A DNA stretch of 64,000 nt from Candidatus Bathyarchaeota archaeon (GCA_963706285.1 CAVPLU010000008.1:49210-113209); one strand, 5' to 3'; shown: positions 30,026-39,574, counted from the first letter of the stretch. Numbers and translations are program-made. The notes: generated by a model not told the origin, from the sequence alone.

Positions 30026-30367
30026 ATGATGTCGTACTACTACGTCCCAAGACCACCGATTCCTTACACAGTCTACGTGCCCCAGCAATGCTACACGGCT
30101 GAGCAATGTCTAGCCCCCCAGCCTCCAGAGGTCTTCTATCAGCCTCCGCCTCAGTACTACTGCCACCAGCCTCCTGCCCAGATGTACACCTATCAGCCCC
30201 CTGCTCAGGTCTATCAGCCTCCGTCGCAGTACTACTTCCAGCAGACTCCGGCCCAGATGTATGCCTATCAGCCTCCCGCCGTTAGGGTGGATGAATGTGG
30301 CGGATATGGCGGATATCGCGGATATCACGGCTACGGCGGATACAGCGGATTCGGCGGATTCTGGTAA
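30026..30367 (+). CDS. Low-complexity Pro/Gln/Tyr-rich protein with Gly/Tyr tail
   Basis: YQPPxQ repeats (about 75-nt internal duplication), GGYGGY..GFGGFW end. Synonymous variation between repeats supports coding. Confidence 0.7.
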   Translation: MMSYYYVPRPPIPYTVYVPQQCYTAEQCLAPQPPEVFYQPPPQYYCHQPPAQMYTYQPPAQVYQPPSQYYFQQTPAQMYAYQPPAVRVDECGGYGGYRGYHGYGGYSGFGGFW

Positions 30368-30854
30368 ACGTTCTATCTCTAGGTTTCCTTGCGCTCGGTT
30401 TTCACGAGCGCTCGGACATTTTCCCCATTTTACTTTGGGTTCCAGATCCTAGGCTGCAGCTGGGACTAGACCCTCATTCTTCCCAACTGTTTTGATACGC
30501 TTGTTTCCTGAGGACACTCACAGCGTCCCAGGACTACCGACGATGGCGTGGGTGGTTAAGCGTTACGAGCACTGCAGGAATTTTGTTTGTTCATTTGGTG
30601 GATTGAACTCCACGAACCGAGCACCTGTCCCAAGCTCTTCGTCTGCATCTTTTCGTTCAGCCTAGGGAAGGACCGTTGGATAGAAGGAGAGTGCCATGGG
30701 GGAGTCGATCGGGCTCACGAAGATATTGTGGTCAATATGCGTTCTCGTGATCTTAGGCGTTCTCTTCGAGAAACGCGCTTCATCCAAGTCACGTTCGGTT
30801 TTCGGTCATTCAACATGAACGAACTAGCATGAATGTAATGAGTCTCAAGTGCAT

Positions 30855-31553
30855 TCATGGAATCGTGAAGTACATTCTCCTGTTGCTCTTACCTTTGTTC
30901 TCGAATTTCAGTGGCTCTATTTTCCCTACTTCGCCCAGGTTCTTCACGTGCACTCCGCCGTCGGCTTGCAGATCATATCCTTCGATCTCAACTATTCTCA
31001 GGTCTTTCACGTCGGGCGGCATGACGCTGGCAAGTTTGGTTATGCCAGGTATCTTGAGTGCTTCCTCGCGTTTCATGAAATACGTCTTCACAGGGGGATT
31101 CTTGACAACTGCTTCATTTGCCTGGTTGCAGTAGATGAGCATCTTCTCTCTGTCAAAATCGTCCAGGCTGAAGTCTATCCGTGACCTGTCTGGCTCTATC
31201 TGGTTTCCTGTGATGAGTGCGCTGGTCTCTTTGTGAAAGATAGCGCTGAGCAGGTGAGCTGAAGTATGCATCCTCATTATTCTGCATCTTCTGTCCCAGT
31301 CTAGGACGCCGTGAACTGAACTTCCAGCAGCAGGTGCGTTCGCAGTTTCCAGGACATGTGCGATTGTGTCTTCGCTCAACTTAGTCGTGTCGACAACTTT
31401 CTCTCCGTTCAATGTTCCAATATCTCCGACAAGGCCTCCGCCACGAGGGTTGAATGCAGTTCGATCCAACACGACGTTGTTGCCATCAATAGAACTGACT
31501 ATTGCATCAAACTCTCTGATGTATGCGTCTTCCCAAAACAACTTCCGTGTCAT
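30855..31553 (-). CDS. alaX: Alanyl-tRNA editing protein AlaX-M
   Basis: LDRTAFNPRGGG, MRMHTSAH, ADGGVHV, KGKSNRRMY. Confidence 0.92.
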   Translation of the reverse strand: MTRKLFWEDAYIREFDAIVSSIDGNNVVLDRTAFNPRGGGLVGDIGTLNGEKVVDTTKLSEDTIAHVLETANAPAAGSSVHGVLDWDRRCRIMRMHTSAHLLSAIFHKETSALITGNQIEPDRSRIDFSLDDFDREKMLIYCNQANEAVVKNPPVKTYFMKREEALKIPGITKLASVMPPDVKDLRIVEIEGYDLQADGGVHVKNLGEVGKIEPLKFENKGKSNRRMYFTIP

Positions 31554-31776
31554 GATACAGACGGAAAGTAGGCCGGTCGACTATAGGAAAAAGGTTTGCG
31601 CCTGTGCGCGTGTGAGATAAACGCAGAACAGAGTTGTCTAGAGCTGAAGGATATTGACTAGACCTACTGAGGTGGCAGAGGCAGCGTCGTTCAAGGCTCC
31701 GGCAGTTGCGGGTGTCTGAGAGTGGAAAGCTACTAGTGAAATTGCTGCCTGTAAAGGAACAGGTTTTAAGCGCTGT

Positions 31777-33003
31777 TTGCGCTCCTCCCCGCGGTTGAAT
31801 TTGCCGCAATTGGTTACTTCTGAGGAAAGCGGTCGAGCGAGCGTCTACCTTGACAATGCGGAGACAACGAAGTTGGACCCCGCAGTTCAAGACCTGATTG
31901 AAGAGTTCATGGTGAAGAAGTACGGTGTTCCAGCCGGCGAGTTCGGTTACAGGCTGGAAGAAGAGGCTGGCGAAGCTATCGAGCGGGCAAGGGAGATAGT
32001 CGCTAAGAGAATCAATGCGCTCCCTGAGGAAGTGATTTTCACCTCAGGTGGAACTGAAAGCAACAACATATCCATATTCGGAGCGGCACGCTCTAGCTAC
32101 TACAAAGGAAAACGGATCATCACAAGCAAGATCGAGCACACGTCGATCCTTCGGATCATCGACAAACTTACCACACAAGGTTTCGAGAGGACTCTGCTCG
32201 ACGTTGACCGCGAAGGTTTCGTTGACTTGAGCATCCTCAAGACCGGGATGGAGAATATTCGGCTAGTGTCAGTCCAGCATGCAAACCAAGAGATAGGAAC
32301 AGTACAAGACGTGGCAGCGATAGGAGAGATTGCTAGGAACCGTGGGATTCTCTTCCATTGTGACGCTGTTCAATCCTTCGCCAAGGAGAAGATCGACGTT
32401 CAAGCAATGAAGATTGATTTGCTATCTATGTCGTCACATCTGATTCATGGCCCCAAGGGCGTCGGCGCTCTCTACGTGAGAGACGGAGTAAGGCTCGAAC
32501 CAATCCTCGAAGGAGATGGCAGAGAGAAGGGGTTGAGGCCGGGGACCCCGAACGTTGCAGGTATTGTTGGTTTCGCCAAGGCTGTGGAACTTTTGACTCA
32601 AGACGATTCCGTCAGAATGCGTGGGCTGAGGGATGAGTTGATCGAATCGCTCTTAGTCATTCCTGATTCGCATCTGAACGGACCAAGGGGCGAGCCTAGA
32701 CTTTGCAACAACGTCAACGTCTCGTTCAGATATGTGGAAGGTGAGGCGATCCTGATGCACTTGGACCTTAAAGGACTCGTTGTCAACACTGGCTCAGCAT
32801 GCTACAGTCAAAAGCTCGAGCCAAGCCACGTAATCCGAGCGATCGGAGGAACGCTTGAAGAGTCTCACAGCTCAACCCGTCTGAGCCTCTCAAAGTGGAC
32901 GACAAAAGAGGATGTGGCCTACGCGACCGAAACGGTCAAACAAGTCGTCGAGACTCTTAGAGCCCAAAGTCCGCTCGCAAGAAGGGCACATCAGAGGAAA
33001 TGA
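31777..33003 (+). CDS. iscS: IscS/NifS-like cysteine desulfurase family protein with the PLP lysine replaced
   Basis: YLDNAETT, FTSGGTESNN, HANQEIGT, HCDAVQ, SSHLIHGPKG, RPGTPN, GSAC. True start may be slightly downstream. Confidence 0.88.
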   Translation: MRSSPRLNLPQLVTSEESGRASVYLDNAETTKLDPAVQDLIEEFMVKKYGVPAGEFGYRLEEEAGEAIERAREIVAKRINALPEEVIFTSGGTESNNISIFGAARSSYYKGKRIITSKIEHTSILRIIDKLTTQGFERTLLDVDREGFVDLSILKTGMENIRLVSVQHANQEIGTVQDVAAIGEIARNRGILFHCDAVQSFAKEKIDVQAMKIDLLSMSSHLIHGPKGVGALYVRDGVRLEPILEGDGREKGLRPGTPNVAGIVGFAKAVELLTQDDSVRMRGLRDELIESLLVIPDSHLNGPRGEPRLCNNVNVSFRYVEGEAILMHLDLKGLVVNTGSACYSQKLEPSHVIRAIGGTLEESHSSTRLSLSKWTTKEDVAYATETVKQVVETLRAQSPLARRAHQRK

Positions 33004-33644
33004 TAACGATGTCAGATAATTTAGCAAAGAAGTTCGGTTACTCTGAGAGGGTAATGGATCACTTCAAGAACCCGCGAAATGTCGGAATTTTGGAGGACGC
33101 AGACGTCACATCCAAGGTCGGCAGCGTTGCCTGCGGCGACCTAATCAAACTGTACCTTAAATTCGATCCGAACGGTGAACAAATCAAAGACATAAAGTTC
33201 GAGTCCTACGGATGTGCTGCCAACATTGCCACGAGCTCCATGATGACAGAGATGGTAAAAGGCAAGACAATCGAGGAGGCGAGGAAAGTCACATTCAAAG
33301 ACATCTCTGACACGCTCGGCGGTCTCCCCAGAATCAAGCTTCACTGCGCCGTGCTCTCCAGACAAGGTCTCGAGACGGCCTTCCTAAAATACGAAGCAAA
33401 AAGAGGACGCGTCAAAATAGACGAATCCTTCGTCAACAGAATATTGCGAGGCGTACTTGACCCAGTTCAGGGAGTTGACATAATCTCAGCCAAGATACTC
33501 CAAGGCACGACAGTCGAGGGCAAGAAGGTAACGCTTGATTTGAAAGCGAAGCCAGACAGTGAACTCGCAAAGAGCATAGCTGAGGATATCCGCGATGCCT
33601 TCGAAGGTCTGGACATCGAATTTGACCTAGGATTCAAAGAATAG
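33000..33644 (+). CDS. iscU: IscU/NifU-like Fe-S scaffold with C-terminal DUF59-like domain
   Basis: YSERVMDHFKNPRNVG, ACGD, GCAA, KLHCA, followed by VLDPVQGVDII... extension. Confidence 0.9.
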   Translation: MITMSDNLAKKFGYSERVMDHFKNPRNVGILEDADVTSKVGSVACGDLIKLYLKFDPNGEQIKDIKFESYGCAANIATSSMMTEMVKGKTIEEARKVTFKDISDTLGGLPRIKLHCAVLSRQGLETAFLKYEAKRGRVKIDESFVNRILRGVLDPVQGVDIISAKILQGTTVEGKKVTLDLKAKPDSELAKSIAEDIRDAFEGLDIEFDLGFKE

Positions 33645-33675
33645 ACTCCCAGCAGAAATTCACCGCGTGCATTTA

Positions 33676-34188
33676 CTATTGGAATTTGATGGGCTTCCCA
33701 TTCAATGACAAGTTCGTTTGCATATGAACTGATTTCTTGAGAGTGTTGTGCGCGTAGCACATTAGCTCTGCTTCCCGAGCTATTTTTCTGATAGTGTCTT
33801 CACTGGCAGGGCTTTCAATCTCGATCTCATATATCACATCTTCAAAAGCGCCGCGAATTCTTCTGTCAAAGTGCCCACGAGCGGTCGCTCGCATCGACTT
33901 AAGCGTAACATCTTCTGCAATAGCGAGTTTCGCGTATTGCGTCATCAAGCATGACGCCGCGCCAGCCAGGAAGAACGAAAGCGGTGGAAGCCCAGCGCCA
34001 GTCCCGCCCCTCTCTGGAGGCTCATCGATAGTGAAACTATGCTTGCCAAATGAGGCTCGAAAGCGCAGATGTTCGATCAATTCAATATTGATTCTTTGTG
34101 CACCAATCGTCGCCTCACTGAGACTTCGGCGTTCTGCGTCTTCTTTCTTCACAAGGGCGGCGAAGTCCGTATTGGTCAACCGACTCAC
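33676..34188 (-). CDS. OsmC family protein
   Basis: IDEPPERGGTGAGLPP..FLAGAASC...CYAHNTL. Confidence 0.85.
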   Translation of the reverse strand: MSRLTNTDFAALVKKEDAERRSLSEATIGAQRINIELIEHLRFRASFGKHSFTIDEPPERGGTGAGLPPLSFFLAGAASCLMTQYAKLAIAEDVTLKSMRATARGHFDRRIRGAFEDVIYEIEIESPASEDTIRKIAREAELMCYAHNTLKKSVHMQTNLSLNGKPIKFQ

Positions 34189-34410
34189 GCTTCGCTACAA
34201 GTTCAAGTTCCGCTTTAGAGGCTTCTGCAAGGACGAATGGTTCAGTGCCGACTAATCTCTCCATGCCCGGTTCTCGCATCTTTGCATCTAGCCTCGCACC
34301 GCGGGCGTTCGGTTTCGACTCCCTATAGGTTCATATCTCGGCGCATGTCGAACGCCAGCCCCACCACGCACGTGACAAGTTTCCATAACCTATTGGGCAC
34401 TTGATTCTTC

Positions 34411-36027
34411 ATGAAGCTCACTACAACCCGAACAAGATTCATGGCAACAGTTGTGGTATGTTTGTTCCTAGCGACACTTATCGTTCCAGTGCTAGGTCAA
34501 GGACCGGCTGAGAAGTACACCTATGACATGACCTTTGATCATGATGGTTTGACAACTGTCGAAATACTCTACGACTGCGGTTTTGTGGGGTCAGGCGCTT
34601 CGTGGGTTGCTGTTCCGAAGAATTTCACCGAGACCACCATCGCGTTGCTGAAGGGGACGATCACCTCGATGGCGCGTGTAGCATACCGGTCAAGCGCAGA
34701 AAGTATCGCTCACCCATTCTATGATAATCTGACATTCTCTTACGCATCTGGCAGTGAACCATTCTCCATGCGCCTCGGATTCAACATGACGAATGGCGCA
34801 ATGATAGTGGAACCGAACGGATTCTTCTACTCCCCGCAAATTGGTGTGCCCTCGTCTGCAAAAGTGCAAGTTAAGTTGACATTTCCTGATGGCGTGACGG
34901 CGCTGGATGAGATCCAGCCTGCCCCTGCCCAAGTCGAGACATCTGGCCCCACAGTGAAGCTGTCATTCAATCCCAGTTCACAATCAAGGATTGCAGTCAC
35001 GTTCAAGGTATCGTGGGCTCAAGAAACAAGTCACATTCAGAAAGAGAAAGTCCAAGCTGATGTCCCAAGTCGATACTTGAACCTGGGAACGGAGATCGTT
35101 GAACTCTACGGGAATGCTATGCCGTTGATGGACGATCTCTTCAACGGCACCGTGGATCGAATCTCAATGAAGTTCTTCACGCCATCCACCCTGCCCGAGT
35201 TAAGCATCGGTGGTTATACCCCGATTGATCCCTCCAGTTTTCAGGCAGGCGCCATCTACCTGAACCTCTTCTACTTCCGCGCACAGGCTGGCACGATGGA
35301 AACAATCGCCATGCACGAGCTGACTCATCAATATGAGGCGCATTCAGGAATCTCTTCTCAACTATTATGGGTTCAGGAGGGTCTGGCAAACTACGTAGCC
35401 GTTCAGATGGGAAGACCGCTGAACTATGATTTCGCACCCACAGACGCAGATCTTGAGGCTACTGCGAGTGAGCTGAACGGCAACTACGGTATGATCCAGT
35501 ACTGGCAGCCCGGTGGAACGGCTGGGTCGTTGTACCAGTACTATGCAGCAAGCTACGATGTGTTCAAGACACTTGGTGACAAATACGGAGGCCTGCCTCT
35601 GTTATCGAGGTTCTTTGCTCAACTACGTGGGCTTGAGAATGGATTGACCTCCACCAACGTCGCCGTCTATGAGTTGAGTCTAGCCGCTCGCATCGATCTC
35701 TTGCCGCTGTTCACAAAATGGGGATTCGAACTCGTCGATCTGTCCGGGATTAGTGCTCGCATCGTCAAGCTGCGAGCGGAGGCAGAATTGCTCGGTCCCT
35801 TGCTCCCGTTTCGAGAGGAGGCGCTTAGCCAGCTTGAGCAGGCGCAGAGTTCCATTTATGCCTCGCCAGAAGCTGCAGCTGGACATATCACGATTGCCAC
35901 ATTCTATATTGAGACCGTCCCAATGATCATAGCCGGGTTGTTGATAGCGCTAGTTCTGATTGTGGCAGTGGCCGCTGTTGTTGGCAAGCGATCCAAGAAA
36001 AGGAAAATTGAATCTGCCAGCTACTGA
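34411..36027 (+). CDS. Membrane-anchored secreted gluzincin (peptidase MA-like) metalloprotease
   Basis: Signal peptide, MHELTH...WVQEGLANY, C-terminal TM plus basic tail. Confidence 0.8.
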   Translation: MKLTTTRTRFMATVVVCLFLATLIVPVLGQGPAEKYTYDMTFDHDGLTTVEILYDCGFVGSGASWVAVPKNFTETTIALLKGTITSMARVAYRSSAESIAHPFYDNLTFSYASGSEPFSMRLGFNMTNGAMIVEPNGFFYSPQIGVPSSAKVQVKLTFPDGVTALDEIQPAPAQVETSGPTVKLSFNPSSQSRIAVTFKVSWAQETSHIQKEKVQADVPSRYLNLGTEIVELYGNAMPLMDDLFNGTVDRISMKFFTPSTLPELSIGGYTPIDPSSFQAGAIYLNLFYFRAQAGTMETIAMHELTHQYEAHSGISSQLLWVQEGLANYVAVQMGRPLNYDFAPTDADLEATASELNGNYGMIQYWQPGGTAGSLYQYYAASYDVFKTLGDKYGGLPLLSRFFAQLRGLENGLTSTNVAVYELSLAARIDLLPLFTKWGFELVDLSGISARIVKLRAEAELLGPLLPFREEALSQLEQAQSSIYASPEAAAGHITIATFYIETVPMIIAGLLIALVLIVAVAAVVGKRSKKRKIESASY

Positions 36028-36084
36028 GGTGTCTAGTTGCTGAGTGAGGCACTTACGGGCGTAGGATGGTGCGTGACGGGATTC

Positions 36085-36285
36085 TCACGGGGTCTTCGTC
36101 TGTTTGGAATTGCTGGCCGCGCTTTCCTTGCGGACGACTCGAATCCTGCAGAAAACATGGTCTCCATCTCGAACTTCGAAGATCTTTCTGATCTCCTCGG
36201 GAATGGTTATTCGTCCTCCAGCGATTACTTCTGCGAAGAACGGTATCTCCTCTTCGTTGAGTTCAACAGGCATCGGTTCGGGCAC
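36085..36285 (-). CDS. AbrB/MazE/SpoVT family DNA-binding protein
   Basis: GGRITIPEEIRKIFEVRDGD. Confidence 0.82.
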   Translation of the reverse strand: MPEPMPVELNEEEIPFFAEVIAGGRITIPEEIRKIFEVRDGDHVFCRIRVVRKESAASNSKQTKTP

Positions 36286-36639
36286 CGTCGCTAGTTCGCG
36301 TTTGACCGAGTATTAACGTTTCGATTTTCAGACGCCCAAGATCCCCAAGTCCATCATCATTTTGCCACTAGAGACGAGTGATCACCCTTTTGATTATTTC
36401 AGTCCCTTGACTTCCCCATAGTGCCCGTTCGAGATGGGCTCCGGCAAGGCAGCATTTGTAATCGGATCCTTCGACTTACCCGTCAAGGAGATACACCCAT
36501 CACGGATGCGCTATCTGATGAAGAAGGGTTTTCGCGATGTTCTGCTGGCGAACACTAACCGGGAGTCTGGACTGGCTATTCGCAGTGTATTTTGGCAAGA
36601 CTCAGACAGTGAAAAAACCTAGCGCGTTGCGAGTCAATT

Positions 36640-37998
36640 CTATCTTGCCGATCGGGACCTATAGTATCTTTTTGGCAGCTTGCTGAGGCAATCCTCTGCG
36701 GCTGCTATTGTCTTCTCAACATCTTCCGTGGTGTGTACGGCTGATAGCATCCACCTCTCAGTTCCGTCTGGGTGGAAGTAGATCCCTCTCTCAAGCATGT
36801 CTTCGCGGAAGTCCTTGAACTTCTCATAGTCGCACTGTAGGCTCTGTCTGTAAGTGCCTATCTTCTTCAGTTTCGTGAAGTACAGCTGGAACATTGGGCC
36901 CACTCCTTGAATTACAGCGTCGTGTCCGCTCTTGTCGCAGGCCTGTTGAAGTCCATCCATCAGTCTCTTGGTTGTTGAGTTCATGCGCGAGAAGACTTCT
37001 CCCTCATTCTTCGACAAAACATCTAGGGTGGCCTTACACACTGAGAGGCTCAGCGGATTCGCGTTGTACGTTCCGCCGTACCCAATTTTTCCAGGCCCTA
37101 TCATCCCCATCACGTCTCTTCGGCCAGTGACAGCCGCTATTGGCGCCCCGTTTCCGAGTGCTTTTGCGAAGCAGGCAAGATCTGCAGTGACTCCATAGTG
37201 TTCTTGAGCGCCGCCTTTGGCGATGCGGAAGCCTGTGAGTATCTCATCGAAAATTAGTAGCACATCGAGCTTCTGCGTGAGTTCTCGAACGCCTTTGAGG
37301 TATCCTTCGGCTGGTGGGATCACACCCGAGCTTCCCACGACTGGTTCCATGATCACTGCGGCCGTATCGTTAGCATACTTCTTCAGCGTCCTTTCGAGCG
37401 CTGTAAGGTTGTTCCAAGGCGCAACGATAACTGTGTGTGCAATTTCCTCCGGAATCCCTGGGTAGAAGGCAAGTTTGGTGGGCGCAGCTTCAAGCCCCGC
37501 AACAGTCGACGGGGACTCTACACTGAATAGGACGTAATCGTGGTGGCCGTGATAGTGTCCTTCAAACTTGAGGATTTTGTCACGTCCAGTATATGCGCGG
37601 GCGATTCGCACGGCCTCCATAGTCGCCTCGGTGCCGGTGTTGCTAAAACTGACCATTTCGGCTCCTGGAACCATGCTCTTGATCTTATTCGCGACCTCAA
37701 CTTCAAGTTCGGTTGTTGTTCCGAACATTGTTCCTCTCAGGATCTGTTCTCTTATGGCATTGACGACGGTTGGGTGACAATGGCCAAGAATGAGAGGTCC
37801 GTATGCCATCAAATAGTCGATATACTCGTTTCCATCGACATCCCAGACCCTTGAACCCTTTCCACGTTCGAAGATGACTGGGAATGGTTCGTGTCTGTGA
37901 ATTCTGACGTTTGAAGAGGCGCCTGATGGGAGAACCTTCTTTGCCTCTTCATAGATGGCTTCCGATCTGCGAAGTTCGATGAGAGGCCTGAGGTTCAA
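36640..37998 (-). CDS. Class III PLP aminotransferase (GSA aminomutase-like)
   Basis: WDVDGNEYIDY, NTGTEATM, KFEGHYHG, IFDEILTGFR, FAKALGNG, GGTYNANP. Start approximate. Confidence 0.9.
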   Translation of the reverse strand: MNLRPLIELRRSEAIYEEAKKVLPSGASSNVRIHRHEPFPVIFERGKGSRVWDVDGNEYIDYLMAYGPLILGHCHPTVVNAIREQILRGTMFGTTTELEVEVANKIKSMVPGAEMVSFSNTGTEATMEAVRIARAYTGRDKILKFEGHYHGHHDYVLFSVESPSTVAGLEAAPTKLAFYPGIPEEIAHTVIVAPWNNLTALERTLKKYANDTAAVIMEPVVGSSGVIPPAEGYLKGVRELTQKLDVLLIFDEILTGFRIAKGGAQEHYGVTADLACFAKALGNGAPIAAVTGRRDVMGMIGPGKIGYGGTYNANPLSLSVCKATLDVLSKNEGEVFSRMNSTTKRLMDGLQQACDKSGHDAVIQGVGPMFQLYFTKLKKIGTYRQSLQCDYEKFKDFREDMLERGIYFHPDGTERWMLSAVHTTEDVEKTIAAAEDCLSKLPKRYYRSRSAR

Positions 37999-38151
37999 CC
38001 TCCAGTCGTCTTGCGGATTGCTCTGTCTGGGTCTTCTCCATTCTAGGATGAGTCTTCTGGATAGCCGCTCCGCTGTCGCTTGGAGCGACCAGTTCTCTCT
38101 GAAGATTCTTCTCTTCGACAAAGAGGCTCAATCTCGCCACCCATCCTTAAT

Positions 38152-38206
38152 CGCATAATTTGTGCGTTTTCTGTACTATTAAATCTTTCAACGCACTATT
38201 TATGCG
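38152..38206. promoter_or_regulatory. Two CGCA-N7-TGCG palindromes flanking a TATA-like core
   Basis: CGCATAATTTGTGCG at 38152-38166 and CGCACTATTTATGCG at 38192-38206, with TATTAAAT between. Confidence 0.55.
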
Positions 38207-38224
38207 CTTTATGTAGAATAGTTC

Positions 38225-38650
38225 ATGGAACGGGGTACAGTACGCCCCATCCAGAGCAATCCCAGCCCAAACAAGGGTGTAATACGCCCGTCGTCAGAAC
38301 GTAACGTGCGACAAGGAGTTGCATCTCTCCATTTTGCCATCCTTCGCGCTTGATTGACATGCAAGCGCCTTATCTGGTTCCTTACGCCCGCATTTGGAGC
38401 TGGCTACACCGATCCTTCAGGGGGATTGGGGTGACCTCCAAACACGCTCGCCTCCCCATATATCAGGGCGAACGGTCCGGACTTGCACGAACAAATAGGT
38501 AGCACACGCGGCCATCCAAAAGCTCCCTTCACTGTGCCCTGTTGGCGGATACGTCATGTGTAACGGCCCGAGATTCGCGGCTTTCAATGAAGGGAGCATG
38601 AACCCTCCCCGTTGACTGCCACAGCATCTCTGCCCAGGCAATATCGACAC
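38225..38650. ncRNA. Candidate large structured RNA, family unknown
   Basis: Dense inverted repeats, e.g. GCGCTTG/CAAGCGC, TTTGGAG/CTCCAAA, GCTCCCTTCA/TGAAGGGAGC; no credible ORF. Confidence 0.35.
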
Positions 38651-38766
38651 GTGAAAACCGCCTAGCTAATAGTGATGTTTGCACTCTTGAATCGTCTTGT
38701 AGGAAGAAACGAAAGAAGAATGCTTTTCCCATTCAACTGGCTTGAAATTCTCAGTGAACGCACAGC

Positions 38767-39348
38767 ATGGTTTGTTTCTGGGACTTGTCTTACATCTTGG
38801 GGGCTCCTTGGGATACGGGGCAACCACCCAGCGAGCTTACTGGGCTGGTTGAACAGGGCAAGTTGAAGCCGTGCAGCGTTTTGGATATCGGATGTGGAAG
38901 CGGAGCCACAGTCGTCTATTTGGCCAGCATAGGGTTCGAGTCGTCCGGGTTAGACATCTCAAAGGTAGCCATAAGGAAGGCTAAAGGCAGAGCTTCCAGG
39001 CATGCTGTCAATTGTCGCTTCTTCAGGCTTGACTTCACAAATGCGAGTGCGTTCGCATCAGCTGGCCTACGTACTTTCGACTTGCTCATAGACAACGGGT
39101 GTTACCATAGCCTATCACCGATAGATCGGGACAGGTACGAAGGCTCACTCCTGCATGTTTCTCAGCCGGGGACGGTCTACCTTCTATGGTCCTTCCTACG
39201 AGGTTCAGGGTCGGATTTCGGCCCTCCAGGAATCGACCGAGGCGAGATTGAGGATCGTTTCTCTAAGAACTTCCGAGTCCTCGATCAACGTGAATTGAAG
39301 ACCTCTTGGAGGAATATGCTCTTCTTTCAGATGCAGAGAATGAATTGA
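38767..39348 (+). CDS. Class I SAM-dependent methyltransferase
   Basis: APWDTGQP, VLDIGCGSG, GLDIS, DNGCYH. Confidence 0.9.
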   Translation: MVCFWDLSYILGAPWDTGQPPSELTGLVEQGKLKPCSVLDIGCGSGATVVYLASIGFESSGLDISKVAIRKAKGRASRHAVNCRFFRLDFTNASAFASAGLRTFDLLIDNGCYHSLSPIDRDRYEGSLLHVSQPGTVYLLWSFLRGSGSDFGPPGIDRGEIEDRFSKNFRVLDQRELKTSWRNMLFFQMQRMN

Positions 39349-39364
39349 CAACAAGGTGGTGAAA

Positions 39365-39574
39365 ATGAGCATCAAGGTCAAAGAATGGTTACGGAGGCTA
39401 GGGATCGATACGACTCACGAAGAACGCGAGGAGATAGATCACGAGATCGAGCGAAGAACAGGACAATACTGCGACAAAGGCGTTGAACTGCTCACCGAAG
39501 CTGAGTTTCTGGCGATCGTCGATTCAGTGAAGCGGAAACGCAGAAAACAAGTTCCGGAGCCAATGATTGCATAA
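39365..39574 (+). CDS. Small hypothetical protein
   Basis: 69-aa ORF with GGTG-type RBS, co-oriented with the methyltransferase. Confidence 0.6.
   Translation: MSIKVKEWLRRLGIDTTHEEREEIDHEIERRTGQYCDKGVELLTEAEFLAIVDSVKRKRRKQVPEPMIA

Noticed and set aside
30945-30975. AlaX zinc motif DGGVH instead of CGGTH
   Set aside because: The Asp variant is, to my knowledge, common in archaeal AlaX-M proteins, so not distinctive.
38290-38330. GTGCGACAAG (group II intron-like 5' end) and a domain-V-like string on the minus strand
   Set aside because: No properly paired domain V with catalytic triad, no domain VI, no RT ORF.
38520-38600. GAAGGGAGC resembling SRP RNA helix 8
   Set aside because: Lacks the upstream CCAGG-CCC-GGAA context. 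RNase P GAGGAAAGTCC core is also absent.
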